The notes below the pieces were generated by a model. It was given only the letters and a program-made list of their open reading frames with translations, did no database searches and was not told the DNA's origin. Both the position numbers and the translations under genes were made by a program. Below are positions 1-10,190 of a DNA stretch of 34,340 nt, piece after piece. Each line of letters begins with the position of its first letter. Positions within the stretch are counted from its first letter, which is position 1. Source of the DNA: an uncultured Bacteroidia bacterium (lineage in GTDB: Bacteria > Bacteroidota > Bacteroidia > Palsa-948); NCBI GenBank assembly GCA_964498865.1, contig CAZCJN010000006.1, positions 1-34,340 on the forward strand, written 5' to 3'.

Positions 1-65
1 ATAACGCTTAATGACCGTTGGTTTATAAAAAGGAAATACGATTAAATGATTGAAAACCTTCCTCA

Positions 66-626
66 ATGAATATAAGGAGTTTAATTCCTTTTAAAAATGT
101 ATTGTTTGCTGTAGTTTTACTTTCTTGTCAAAACGATATGCAAACCATTAATCAGGTTGCAGCTGTAAATACCTTGCCTTCTGAGGTGATGAAGGATGCT
201 GAAATTCTTTATAGCGACTCTGCAAAAGTTAAAATGAAACTTGTAGCAAAAGTATTGAACCGGTATGCTGGTGAAAAACCATATATAGAAATGCCAAACG
301 GACTTCAAATGTTTTTTTATGATGACTCAATGAAAGTTAATTCTCAAATGAAAGGGGATTATGGTATTCGTTATGAGCAGGAAGGTAAAATGGAGGCGAA
401 GAGAAATGTAGAAGTGATAAATATAAAAGGCGAGAAACTGAATACAGAACATTTGATTTGGGACGAATCTAAAGACAGTATCTATACAAAAGCTTTTGTA
501 AAGATCACTACTAAAGACGAAGTTATTTTTGGAAATGGATTAGAGTCGAATCAGGATTTTACCAAGTATAGAATTAAAAAAATTAAAGGAATGGTAAATG
601 TAAAGGATGAAAACTCCAATCATTGA
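66..626 (+). CDS. lptC: LptC-like (OstA-fold) LPS-export lipoprotein
   Basis: Lipoprotein signal peptide with lipobox LLSC (Cys21). About 186 aa. By-eye resemblance to Bacteroidota LptC proteins, including the C-terminal GNGLESNQDFTKY region. Lies directly upstream of lpxD. Family recalled from memory, not searched. Confidence 0.5.
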   Translation: MNIRSLIPFKNVLFAVVLLSCQNDMQTINQVAAVNTLPSEVMKDAEILYSDSAKVKMKLVAKVLNRYAGEKPYIEMPNGLQMFFYDDSMKVNSQMKGDYGIRYEQEGKMEAKRNVEVINIKGEKLNTEHLIWDESKDSIYTKAFVKITTKDEVIFGNGLESNQDFTKYRIKKIKGMVNVKDENSNH

Positions 627-642
627 AATATTGTAATAACAC

Positions 643-1569
643 ATGAAGTTCTCTAAGCCTCAAAAACTAAAAGAAATAGCTTCTATTGTAGGTGCAGAAA
701 TGTATGGCAATCTAGATATTGTAATATCCGGCATTAATGAGATTAATGTAGTGGAAGAAGGCGATATAGTTTTTGTAGATCATCCTAAGTATTATCAAAA
801 GGCATTACATTCAAAAGCAAGTGTTATCATTATAAATACAAAAGCAGATTGTCCTTCCGGAAAAGCATTACTTGTTTGTAATGATCCCTTTTCTGCATTT
901 AATCGGATAACAGCACAATTTTCTCAGCGCTCTTTTTCTCAATCTACTATCAGCAGTACTGCAGCAATTGGTAAGAATACCCGCATTATGCCCAATTGTT
1001 TTATTGGGGATAATGTTAAGGTGGGAGATAACTGCACTATTCATCCGAATGTTTGCATTCAGGATAATTGTGTAGTGGGTAATAATGTAATCATACATGC
1101 GGGAACTGTTATTGGTGCTGATGGTTTTTATTACAAAAAGAGACCCGGAGGGTATGACAAGTTATTATCTGTAGGTAAAGTGATTATTGAAGACAATGTA
1201 GAGATAGGAGCTCTTTCAAGTATTGACAGGGGCGTAACTGGAGAAACAGTGATAGGTGCCGGAACTAAGATTGATAATCATGTGCAAGTAGGTCATGATA
1301 CCAAAGTGGGCAAAAATTGTTTATTCGCTGCTCAAGTGGGTGTTGCCGGTGCATGTGTGATAGAGGATGATGTGATTCTTTGGGGGCAGGTAGGCGTGCC
1401 TAGTAAAATAAGAATTGGAAAAGGAGCGGTATTGCTAGGACAATCAGCCCCTGCAAAAAATTTAGAGGGCGGTAAAACGTATTTGGGAAGCCCGGCAGAA
1501 GAGGCTATGAAAAAATTTCGTGAACTTGCTATGTTGAGACAACTACCTGATGTGTTTTCTAAAATTTAA
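643..1569 (+). CDS. lpxD: UDP-3-O-acylglucosamine N-acyltransferase (lipid A biosynthesis)
   Basis: LpxD-type N-terminal domain (KLKEIASIVGAE...ISGINEI...GDIVFVDHPKY). This is followed by a long run of hexapeptide left-handed beta-helix repeats (IGDNVKVGDNCTIHPNVCIQDNCVVGNNVIIHAGTVIG...). Confidence 0.75.
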   Translation: MKFSKPQKLKEIASIVGAEMYGNLDIVISGINEINVVEEGDIVFVDHPKYYQKALHSKASVIIINTKADCPSGKALLVCNDPFSAFNRITAQFSQRSFSQSTISSTAAIGKNTRIMPNCFIGDNVKVGDNCTIHPNVCIQDNCVVGNNVIIHAGTVIGADGFYYKKRPGGYDKLLSVGKVIIEDNVEIGALSSIDRGVTGETVIGAGTKIDNHVQVGHDTKVGKNCLFAAQVGVAGACVIEDDVILWGQVGVPSKIRIGKGAVLLGQSAPAKNLEGGKTYLGSPAEEAMKKFRELAMLRQLPDVFSKI

Positions 1570-1572
1570 AAA

Positions 1573-3282
1573 ATGAAATCTTTTCTTTTTCTTTTTTTAA
1601 TTATTTTCAATATTTGCTTTTCGCAAACTCAAAAAAGAAAAGTTTATACTACCACTCCTACGTATTCTGAAATAATTTCTTTCTATGAATCGTGTGTGAG
1701 TAAAAGCCCTTACTTTAAATTGTTTACTTATGGTCTTACTGATGTAGGAAAGCCACTTCATTTATTTGTAATCAGTAAGAACAAAATGTTTGATCCGGAT
1801 TCTGTTAAAAAAAGTAATAAAAGAATACTTCTTATTAATAATGGAATACATCCCGGAGAGCCAGATGGCATAGATGCAAGTATGGAATTGATAAAATCTT
1901 TCATTGATAAACCATCAAATATTCCCAATGATCTGGTAGTGTGTATTATTCCTGTTTATAATATAGATGGTTGTTTAAACAGAGGGAAATTCTCCCGGGC
2001 CAACCAGAACGGTCCTGATGAATATGGATTTAGGGGTAACAGGCAAAATTTAGATTTGAATCGTGATTTTATTAAAGCAGATTCTAAAAATGCTCAAACA
2101 TTTATACAGATTTTTCAAATATGGAAACCGGACCTGTTTTTAGATACCCATACTTCTGATGGCGCCGATTATCAATACATAATGACCCTGATCTCTACCC
2201 AAAGAGATAAACTACATCCATTACTTTCCAATTTCATGGTAAAAGATATGTTGCCAATGTTATATGGGAAAATGAAAGAAAGAAAATATGAGATGTCTCC
2301 GTATGTAGATCATAAGGGCAAAACACCGGATAGTGGGTTGGTTGAGTTTATGGAAACTCCACGTTTTGCGTCGGGATATACTGCTCAGTTTAACTGCATA
2401 GGTTTTATTTCAGAAGCACATATGTGGAAGCCCTATAATGATAGGGTGTGGGCAACGTATGAATTTATTTATTCACTTATAGAAACAGCACAAACTTTTT
2501 CTGATAAAATAGGAGTGCTTCGGAAACAAGCGGATGATGATGTGAAAACAAAAAAAGTCTTTAATCTTAATTATGTTTTAGATACTACCGTTGCTGATCA
2601 AATTGAGTTTAAAGGATATGAAGCTTACTATAAAACAAGTGCTGTTTCCGGGTTGAAAAGATTGGCTTATGATAGAACTAAACCATACACTAAAAAAATC
2701 CCTTTTTATAATCATTATAATGCATCTGTTTCAGTGATTAAACCATCTGTATACATTGTTCCTCAAGCATGGGTAAAAATAATTGAAAGATTAAAAATGA
2801 ATAATGTCGAGATGTCTCAGTTGAGAAAAGATACCAGTTTGTTATGTACTGTATACTATATAAAGGACTTCGAAACTTCTAAACGCCCGTATGAAGGGCA
2901 TTATATTCATTTTAATACAAAAGTCAAATCGGACCAACAAACAATGCAGTTTTTTAAAGATGATTATATTATTCAAACAGATCAGATGGCGAACAGGTAT
3001 ATAGTCGAAACATTAGATCCCCAAGGTGATGATTCGTTTTTTGCATGGGGATTTTTCGATGCCATTCTACAGCAGAAGGAATGGTTTTCTGACTATGTTT
3101 TTGAGGACAGAGCAGAAGAGATATTAAGAGCTAATCCTGAACTTAAAGCCAAATTAGAAAAAAAGAAAGCAGAGAATAAATCATTTGCTTCTTCCGCATG
3201 GGAACAATTAACATTTATATATAGAAATTCTGTTTATTATGAGCCTTCTCATAATCGATATCCCATAGGAATGATGGAATGA
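1573..3282 (+). CDS. secreted M14-family zinc carboxypeptidase
   Basis: Signal peptide MKSFLFLFLIIFNICFSQ. M14 zinc and substrate motifs are present: HPGEPDG (HxxE), NLDLNRDF and DTHTSDG (third zinc His). The start lies 4 nt after the lpxD stop. Confidence 0.8.
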   Translation: MKSFLFLFLIIFNICFSQTQKRKVYTTTPTYSEIISFYESCVSKSPYFKLFTYGLTDVGKPLHLFVISKNKMFDPDSVKKSNKRILLINNGIHPGEPDGIDASMELIKSFIDKPSNIPNDLVVCIIPVYNIDGCLNRGKFSRANQNGPDEYGFRGNRQNLDLNRDFIKADSKNAQTFIQIFQIWKPDLFLDTHTSDGADYQYIMTLISTQRDKLHPLLSNFMVKDMLPMLYGKMKERKYEMSPYVDHKGKTPDSGLVEFMETPRFASGYTAQFNCIGFISEAHMWKPYNDRVWATYEFIYSLIETAQTFSDKIGVLRKQADDDVKTKKVFNLNYVLDTTVADQIEFKGYEAYYKTSAVSGLKRLAYDRTKPYTKKIPFYNHYNASVSVIKPSVYIVPQAWVKIIERLKMNNVEMSQLRKDTSLLCTVYYIKDFETSKRPYEGHYIHFNTKVKSDQQTMQFFKDDYIIQTDQMANRYIVETLDPQGDDSFFAWGFFDAILQQKEWFSDYVFEDRAEEILRANPELKAKLEKKKAENKSFASSAWEQLTFIYRNSVYYEPSHNRYPIGMME

Positions 3283-3413
3283 AACAAGGCATCGGATGTT
3301 AGCTCGATTGTTAATATATAATGCCCGATTACCCCTCTTAAATTTTTCTTTTTACAATTCTTATAGTACTTTTACGTGTTAAGATTTTAATACGAACTGT
3401 CTATAATTTTACC

Positions 3414-4661
3414 ATGTCGAAAACACAACAACTTGAACTGAAGCTTGCCTCTTTACTTGAGATTACGAAGGCTATTAATTCGAACACAAAGACTCCGGAT
3501 TTATTAAAGATTTATGAATCTGTTTTGCGTTACCAACTTAACGTTGGCAAATTTGTATTATATACCTACGATAGTGGATGGAAAACAATATTAGAGTTTG
3601 GTATGAACTCTGTATTTACACCGGCCGAAGCAGAAACGTATTTAAAATCCATTAAGGATATAACTCTTCTTAATCTTTCCTCTTCTTCTCCAGCTTCCGA
3701 CCAGTTATTACCTATTCAAAAATCTCTTCAACAAAATCATGTAGATGTGGTGATACCTGTTTTTCACAAGGACCGCGCATTAGCCTATGCTCTTATTGGA
3801 GATTTGGATGAAGAGCAGATAGGAATGGGAACAAGCGTTAAGCATTTGAATTTTATTCAAACCATTACTAATATTTTAGTGGTAGCAGTAGAAAATAAAC
3901 GATTAGCTAAAGAGGGAATCAGGCAAGCTGAGATGAAAAAAGAATTAGAGGTTGCTTCTCAAATGCAACACATGCTTTTCCCTGCTGTATTACCTAACGA
4001 TAGTCAAATGGAAATGGATGCTTACTATATTGCTCACCAGCAAATAGGAGGAGATTATTATGATTTTATTCGGATTAATGATGAGGAAGTTGCTCTCTGC
4101 ATGGCTGATGTGTCCGGCAAGGGAGTTTCTGCTGCATTGCTCATGAGTAACTTTCAGGCCAACTTACGTATTTTATTACATCGATCAGAATCGCTCACAG
4201 AGCTTGTGAAAGAGTTAAATCAAAAGGTAAATGATACTGCCCAAGGCGAGCGTTTTATTACTTTTTTTGTTGCTAAGTATAATACAACTACAAAAGTATT
4301 TACATATGTAAATGCCGGGCACAACCCTCCGCTTTTACTCAATCCGGATAATTCTGTTGAAATGTTGCGAATTGGCACAACAGGATTAGGAATGCTTGAT
4401 GATTTAGTAAATATAAAAGAAGGTACTGTAGAGATTAAATCAGGTTCTGTATTGTTTTGTTATACTGATGGGGTAGTGGAACAAGAGAATGAAAACTCCC
4501 AAGAGTTTGGTGTGAATCGTATCAAAGAAATTTTAATTAAGAGCGGTCATACTTCTACCATTAAAGATATCAATCGCAGCATTATTAAAAGTGTAACCGA
4601 ACACAAAGGAGCTAAAGAATATGTTGATGATATAGCTTTGCTTTCTTGTCGCTACTTATAA
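3414..4661 (+). CDS. PP2C/SpoIIE-family serine phosphatase with N-terminal GAF-like sensor domain
   Basis: The C-terminal half has SpoIIE/PP2C signatures (GGDYYDF, CMADVSGKGVSAALLMS, YVNAGHNPP, CYTDGVVE, DDIALL). The N-terminal ~170 aa looks GAF-like. Confidence 0.8.
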   Translation: MSKTQQLELKLASLLEITKAINSNTKTPDLLKIYESVLRYQLNVGKFVLYTYDSGWKTILEFGMNSVFTPAEAETYLKSIKDITLLNLSSSSPASDQLLPIQKSLQQNHVDVVIPVFHKDRALAYALIGDLDEEQIGMGTSVKHLNFIQTITNILVVAVENKRLAKEGIRQAEMKKELEVASQMQHMLFPAVLPNDSQMEMDAYYIAHQQIGGDYYDFIRINDEEVALCMADVSGKGVSAALLMSNFQANLRILLHRSESLTELVKELNQKVNDTAQGERFITFFVAKYNTTTKVFTYVNAGHNPPLLLNPDNSVEMLRIGTTGLGMLDDLVNIKEGTVEIKSGSVLFCYTDGVVEQENENSQEFGVNRIKEILIKSGHTSTIKDINRSIIKSVTEHKGAKEYVDDIALLSCRYL

Positions 4662-4672
4662 AGACCTAAATT

Positions 4673-7000
4673 TCATTTTTGTTTTCTCTTCTCTCTACGT
4701 TCTTCCTTCTTTTTTTCTCTTCGTTCTTTTCGTTTTATAGGATCACTTTTGAAGATATTCATAAACTTATCTATAATGTTGTCTTCTATAAACGATTCAC
4801 ACTGCGGCATAGGATTTATATCATTTCCCCAATAAAATCCTCCACTTACTTTTGTCTTACACGCTGCATCACTTCTGCACCCTTGCATAAAATACGCCCA
4901 AATAGGCAAGGCCATAGCAGCTCCTTGTCCATAATAGGTTGAGTTGAAGTGTATATTCGGATTATCGGCCCCTACCCAAGCACCTGCTACTAACTTAGGA
5001 GTATATCCAATGAACCAACCATCAGCCTGCGATTGAGTAGTGCCTGTTTTTCCTGCTACTTCTCCTCCAACTCCATAGGTTCCTCTAAGTCTACTTGCTG
5101 TGCCTTCATTAACAACTGCTTTTAACATCTCAGTCATATAATAAGCTGTTTGTTTTGAAATTACCCTTGTGTATGTTGGCTTATCTCCTTGATAAATTAC
5201 TTTCCCGGTTTTGTCTTCGATCTTTGTAATGTAAACAGGTTTTACTTTTTTTCCTCCGTTTGCAAAAACACAATATGCCTGAACCATTTCCAATAAGCTT
5301 ATATCCGCTACTCCTAATGCTATTGCAGGCACTCTGGGGATATCGTTTTTTATTCCCATACTGTGAGCAGTTCTCACTACATTATCAATCCCTGCTTTGA
5401 ATAATACTTCTACGGATACTACATTTACAGAATTTGCAAGAGCACCTTTTAAAGAATATTTTCCGGTATATTCTTCTTCATTGTTAGAGTTACGAGGTGA
5501 CCAGTTTTCATATTGCTCGTAAACATGTTGTTCATTTTTAAAATAATCACATGGACTTATTCCTTGCTCTAATGCTGTAGCATAAACAATGGGTTTAAAG
5601 GTGCTGCCTACCTGTCTTGTAGATGTTACATGGTCGTATTGAAAATGATTGTATTTATTGCCTCCAACCCATGTTTTTATTTCTCCTGTATTCGGTTCTA
5701 AAGCTAAAAATCCACTATGTAAAAATCGCATGTAATATTTAATAGAATCAAGAGGTGACATAGTTACTGTTTTGTCGCCTTTCCAATCAAAAACTTCCAT
5801 TTCTATCGGCGTTTCAAATACTTTTTTTATGTCCTTTTCATTTTTTCCTTCGGCAATTAAATTTTTATAACGCTTAGAGTTTTTTAACGCTTTATATATA
5901 ATGCTTGAATTTCTTCCCCAAGGATTAGACTTTCTCCAATAGTTATTAAAAGTTTCTTGCAGGCTTTTCATATGTTTTTCTATAGCAGCGTTTGCATATA
6001 ATTGCATTTGATAATCAATAGGAGTATATATTTTTAATCCATCAGTATATAGATTATATTTTTCTCCATCGGTTTTGGTTATTTTCTCTAAGATTGAATT
6101 GGTCAGCTCTTCTATTTGTACCAAAAAATAGGGGGCAATATTGCCATACATACCTGCATTGTTATACTGAAGTTGAAGAGGGATTTTTTTTAACGAATCT
6201 GCTGATTCTTGTGGAATGTAATTTCTATCTGCTAAATTATCTATCACTATATTTCTTCTTGCGAGAGAATTTTTTGGTTTAAGTCTTGGATTGTAAAGAG
6301 TAGGAGAGTTTAACATTCCTATCAATAGTGCGCTTTCTTCTATTTTTAATGAATCAGGAGATTTATTGAAGAACCGAAGGCAGGCATTTTTGATTCCGTA
6401 AGTATCTTCTCCGAAAGAAACTGTATTTAAGTACATAGATAAAATTTCTTCTTGAGAATAAACGCTATTAAAACGCACAGCATAAATGGCTTCTTTAATT
6501 TTGTTCACCGGCAGGGACAGAATGCCATAACTCTTTTTCCGTTTGAATATATTTTTTGCTAATTGTTGACCGATGGTACTACCTCCTCCTGATTTTTTAT
6601 CACCCAATAAAAGAGTTTTAAAGAAAACCCGTACCAGGCCTATGGCATCCACGCCATTATGTTGATAAAAGCGAGCGTCTTCTGTAGCTATAAGTGATTG
6701 TATAACAAAAGGTGGTAGTTCGCCATATGTTATAGGGCTTCTGTTCTCCCAATAGTATTTGCCAAGTACCTGCCCGTCATCTGAATATACTTCAGATGCT
6801 AAATAGTTTTCTATATTTTTAAGTTCATCTTTTGAATATAACTTACCGAATACACCAAAATAGACGAGCATAAAAAAAGAGAGCGGAAAAAGCAATAATA
6901 CCAACGCAAGAAGTAATATCCATTTCCTGAATTTGATAATCTTTTCTTTTATTTTTGTAAGTATCTTTTCTATTGAGTATTTCATAATAAAACGCAGCAT
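4673..7000 (-). CDS. mrcA: class A penicillin-binding protein 1A (transglycosylase + transpeptidase)
   Basis: N-terminal TM anchor. GT51 motifs EDARFYQHNGVD, GGSTIGQQLAKN and NKIKEA. Transpeptidase motifs STFKP (SxxK), NSVN (SxN) and KTGTT (KTG). Confidence 0.9.
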   Translation of the reverse strand: MLRFIMKYSIEKILTKIKEKIIKFRKWILLLALVLLLFPLSFFMLVYFGVFGKLYSKDELKNIENYLASEVYSDDGQVLGKYYWENRSPITYGELPPFVIQSLIATEDARFYQHNGVDAIGLVRVFFKTLLLGDKKSGGGSTIGQQLAKNIFKRKKSYGILSLPVNKIKEAIYAVRFNSVYSQEEILSMYLNTVSFGEDTYGIKNACLRFFNKSPDSLKIEESALLIGMLNSPTLYNPRLKPKNSLARRNIVIDNLADRNYIPQESADSLKKIPLQLQYNNAGMYGNIAPYFLVQIEELTNSILEKITKTDGEKYNLYTDGLKIYTPIDYQMQLYANAAIEKHMKSLQETFNNYWRKSNPWGRNSSIIYKALKNSKRYKNLIAEGKNEKDIKKVFETPIEMEVFDWKGDKTVTMSPLDSIKYYMRFLHSGFLALEPNTGEIKTWVGGNKYNHFQYDHVTSTRQVGSTFKPIVYATALEQGISPCDYFKNEQHVYEQYENWSPRNSNNEEEYTGKYSLKGALANSVNVVSVEVLFKAGIDNVVRTAHSMGIKNDIPRVPAIALGVADISLLEMVQAYCVFANGGKKVKPVYITKIEDKTGKVIYQGDKPTYTRVISKQTAYYMTEMLKAVVNEGTASRLRGTYGVGGEVAGKTGTTQSQADGWFIGYTPKLVAGAWVGADNPNIHFNSTYYGQGAAMALPIWAYFMQGCRSDAACKTKVSGGFYWGNDINPMPQCESFIEDNIIDKFMNIFKSDPIKRKERREKKKEERREKRKQK

Positions 7001-7100
7001 TCAGCTAAAAACATGAATTTAAGCATTTATATGTTTTTTAATAGAAACAATATTTGTGGACATTAAAACCTTACTAACTTTAAACACTAAAAATTATTAC

Positions 7101-7544
7101 ATGGCATTAGAGGAAAAAATAAACAATGATATAAAAGCTGCTATGTTGGCAAAAGACCAGCAGAAATTGGAAGCTATACGTGGAATTAAATCTGCAATCT
7201 TATTACTTAAATCATCTGGTAAACCTGTTACTGATGATGAAGAAGTAAAGGCTTTGCAGAAAATGGTAAAACAACGGAAAGAATCGGCTGATATTTACCA
7301 TCAGCAAAATCGTAAAGATTTAGCTGATGTAGAGTTATTTCAAGTTTCTATTATTGAACAATATCTTCCTAAACAGATGAGTGAGCAAGAAATAAAATCT
7401 GCTCTTTCTCAAATCATCTCTCAAACAGGAGCTACATCTGCTGCTGATATGGGTAAAGTGATGGGCGTTGCTACAAAGCAATTAGCTGGGAAGGCTGACG
7501 GAAGGATTATTTCTTCTTTAGTGAAAGAATTACTTTCAAAATAA
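7101..7544 (+). CDS. GatB/YqeY domain-containing protein
   Basis: Typical YqeY sequence (MALEEKINNDIKAAMLAKD...LEAIRGIKSA...QRKESADIY...E.Q.SIIEQYLP...MGKVMG). I prefer the ATG at 7101. The track's 7056 start is a GTG that adds 15 unconserved-looking residues. Confidence 0.75.
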   Translation: MALEEKINNDIKAAMLAKDQQKLEAIRGIKSAILLLKSSGKPVTDDEEVKALQKMVKQRKESADIYHQQNRKDLADVELFQVSIIEQYLPKQMSEQEIKSALSQIISQTGATSAADMGKVMGVATKQLAGKADGRIISSLVKELLSK

Positions 7545-7550
7545 GTTTTA

Positions 7551-9056
7551 TTAAATCAGCACAGTTCCTGTCATCTCTTTAGGGACTGCAATATCTAATA
7601 TCTTTAAAATAGTAGGAGCAAGGTCTGCTAACTTCCCATTTTTTATTTGCTTGTAGTCCTTATCTATTAATATACAGGGAACCGGATTAGTTGTATGTGC
7701 AGTATTTGGAGTTCCATCTTTATTAATCATGAATTCAGCATTTCCGTGGTCAGCAATAATAATAACTGAATAATTATTTTCTATAGCTGTCTCAACTACT
7801 TTTTTATTACAGTTGTCAACTGTTTCAAGCGCTTTTTGTACTGCGGGGAAAGAACCTGTGTGACCGACCATATCTGGGTTAGCGAAGTTGAGGCAAATAA
7901 AATCTGATTCTCGTTTTTTAATTTCCGTCACGATTGCATCAGTTATTCCAGCAGCACTCATTTCTGGCTGCAGGTCATAGGTTGCAACTTTTGGAGATGG
8001 AATCATTATTCTTTTTTCACCGGCAAATTCTTTTTCCCTTCCTCCTGAAAAGAAAAATGTAACATGGGGATATTTTTCTGTTTCGGCAATCCGTATTTGT
8101 TTTTTATTGGATAAACTTATTACTTCTCCTAGTGTCATGTATAAGTTATCCTTTTCAAATACTACGTGAATGTTTTTAAATGTATCATCGTAGCGAGCCA
8201 TGGTTACATAGTGCAAATGCATTTTTTTCATACCATGTTCCGGCATATCTTTTTGTGTGAGTGCGACAGTAATCTCCCTGCAACGATCAGTCCTGAAATT
8301 AAAGCAGATAACACAATCACCTTCTTTTATTGCTCCTGCTGTATCAAGTATGCATGGCTTTATGAATTCGTCTGTAATATTTTCACTGTATGAAGACATT
8401 ATTGCATCTGTTGCTGTTTTGAATTCTTTTCCTTCTGACTTAACGAGCATATTATAGGCAAGCTTGATTCTTTCCCAGCGGTTATCTCTATCCATAGAAT
8501 AATACCTGCCACATAAACTAGCAATTTTACCTGCTGATTTTTTTAAATGATTTTCTAAATTTTGAATATGCTTTAGCCCACTCTTGGGGTCACAGTCTCG
8601 CCCATCCATAAATGCATGAATAAAAACATTTTTTAGGTTATACTCTTTAGCAAGGTCGCATAAAGTGTATAAGTGTTCTTGATGAGAATGTATACCTCCT
8701 GGTGAAACTAATCCCATTAGGTGTAAAGACTTGTTCTTCTTCTTTGCATATTCAAAAGCTTCTTTTAATACCGGATTAGTATGAAAAGTATTATCTTGAA
8801 TAGCTTTATTAATCTTTGCCAAATCCTGATATACAATGCGTCCCGCACCAATGTTTAAGTGTCCCACTTCAGAATTACCCATTTGCCCTTCAGGTAAACC
8901 AACATGGCTACCATCTGTAAGTAATTGTGAATGCGGGTATTTTTGAAGAAGAGAATTGTAAAAAGGGGTTTTAGAGTTAGCGATGGCATCAGCTTTACTT
9001 TTGTCACCAATTCCCCAACCATCTAATATAATAAGCGCTAATTTTTTTTCAGTCAT
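7551..9056 (-). CDS. gpmI: 2,3-bisphosphoglycerate-independent phosphoglycerate mutase
   Basis: iPGM motifs: LIILDGWG, GNSEVGHLNIGAGR (catalytic Ser), FMDGRDC, ANPDMVGHTG and ADHGNAE. The ATG at 9056 (MTEKKLALIILDGWG) is preferred over the TTG at 9065. Confidence 0.9.
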   Translation of the reverse strand: MTEKKLALIILDGWGIGDKSKADAIANSKTPFYNSLLQKYPHSQLLTDGSHVGLPEGQMGNSEVGHLNIGAGRIVYQDLAKINKAIQDNTFHTNPVLKEAFEYAKKKNKSLHLMGLVSPGGIHSHQEHLYTLCDLAKEYNLKNVFIHAFMDGRDCDPKSGLKHIQNLENHLKKSAGKIASLCGRYYSMDRDNRWERIKLAYNMLVKSEGKEFKTATDAIMSSYSENITDEFIKPCILDTAGAIKEGDCVICFNFRTDRCREITVALTQKDMPEHGMKKMHLHYVTMARYDDTFKNIHVVFEKDNLYMTLGEVISLSNKKQIRIAETEKYPHVTFFFSGGREKEFAGEKRIMIPSPKVATYDLQPEMSAAGITDAIVTEIKKRESDFICLNFANPDMVGHTGSFPAVQKALETVDNCNKKVVETAIENNYSVIIIADHGNAEFMINKDGTPNTAHTTNPVPCILIDKDYKQIKNGKLADLAPTILKILDIAVPKEMTGTVLI

Positions 9057-9061
9057 GTAGA

Positions 9062-10042
9062 TCAATTTGATTTCGTGAATATCGCTTCAAAGATACTTCC
9101 TTTAGGTGAATTTTTCCTTACAGAAATTATTCCTTTGTGTTTCTCTACCAGGTATTTTACTATATATAAGCCAAGTCCAGTTCCTTTTGTTTTTCTGGTT
9201 TCTTCGTTTCCTACCCTGTAAAACTGTTTAAATATGTTTTGCTCTTCATCTTTTAATATACCAATTCCTTCATCGGCAAATGATAGTACGATAGCATTTC
9301 CTTGCTCCTTAAGGCATATTTTTATATCGGAGTTTTGAGGGGAATATTTTACTGCATTTTCAAAGAGGTTAAGAAATATGGAAGGAAAAATAGTCTTATC
9401 TATATTAAAGAAAATGTTGGGTTGAATATCAGTCGTTATATGTTGTTTGGGAGTGAATGCAGAAATGGTTTGCTTGATTGCTTCATCAATGTATTCGGAA
9501 AAATTTATATTTTCTGTATGTAATTCAAAAAGGGTGTTGTCTATGCGAGCAGCTAATAAAATGTTTTCCACCAACGTATTGAGTCTGTCAGTGTCTGCGA
9601 TAGCATTGCTTATTATTTCCTTTTGTTTGTCTCTTTCAAGGTTATGCCTTAACATCGTTTCCATGGCAAGTTTAACAGATGCTATAGGTGATTTCAATTC
9701 ATGTGTAATCGAGTGGATGAAATTCTTTTGCCTTTTAATGAGTTCTGCTTCCCTTTTAAAAGTACCCCTCACCCTAATAAAAGCAATAATGAGTAAAGTA
9801 AAAAACACCATTCCTTCGCCTACGATCATCATCCACCTATAGTGTAACCTCTTTTCGAGTGCGTTTCCTTCTTCTATAATCAATTGGGGGTCATTGTAAG
9901 TGAGGAGGTTAAAGCTCTTTTTTAGGGTATATAGCTCATTATTTTGCTCGATTAAGAGATAGCTCCACCAGACAAACTGGATTAGAACATAGCTAACCAA
10001 AATATAGAAGACAAGGAGGGGGCGGGGATTTGCCGGCTTCAT
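9062..10042 (-). CDS. membrane sensor histidine kinase (HisKA + HATPase_c), no response regulator in window
   Basis: Two N-terminal TM helices. H-box HELKSPIASV, N-box FLNLFENAVKYS, G1 FADEGIGI and G2 GTGLGLYIV. Confidence 0.85.
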   Translation of the reverse strand: MKPANPRPLLVFYILVSYVLIQFVWWSYLLIEQNNELYTLKKSFNLLTYNDPQLIIEEGNALEKRLHYRWMMIVGEGMVFFTLLIIAFIRVRGTFKREAELIKRQKNFIHSITHELKSPIASVKLAMETMLRHNLERDKQKEIISNAIADTDRLNTLVENILLAARIDNTLFELHTENINFSEYIDEAIKQTISAFTPKQHITTDIQPNIFFNIDKTIFPSIFLNLFENAVKYSPQNSDIKICLKEQGNAIVLSFADEGIGILKDEEQNIFKQFYRVGNEETRKTKGTGLGLYIVKYLVEKHKGIISVRKNSPKGSIFEAIFTKSN

Positions 10043-10190
10043 GTTACAATATTACAACTTCTGCCTATCAAATTTTCCTTATACTTTAGAATTAGGAAAA
10101 AGTTGTATATATAATTGGTAAAAAGCATTCCTATAAATTCCTTACCTTTATCCGTAAAAGCGGGCAGAGTTTTTATTTACTTGTAATGTA

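Noticed and set aside
1-45. Frame-1 open stretch ending in TAA at 43-45 (ITLNDRWFIKRKYD*), possibly the 3' end of an upstream gene
   Set aside because: Only 14 codons are visible, too few to support any call.
3283-3413. Intergenic region upstream of the PP2C phosphatase, checked for hairpins and promoter motifs
   Set aside because: It contains only partial short complementarities (atcgg/ccgat) and a near-match to the -7 motif placed too close to the ATG. Nothing is convincing.
7056-7100. N-terminal extension of the GatB/YqeY ORF from a GTG start
   Set aside because: The family-typical sequence begins at the ATG at 7101 (MALEEKINNDIKAAM). The 15 extra residues look unconserved.
9057-9065. 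TTG start for gpmI that would overlap the histidine kinase stop
   Set aside because: The ATG at 9056 gives the canonical MTEKKLALIILDGWG N-terminus, so the extension is unnecessary.
9447-9842. 131-aa plus-strand ORF, along with 9302-9523, 8166-8393 and 8257-8457
   Set aside because: They are embedded antisense in the histidine kinase and gpmI genes, which have complete catalytic motif sets. There is no independent evidence for them.
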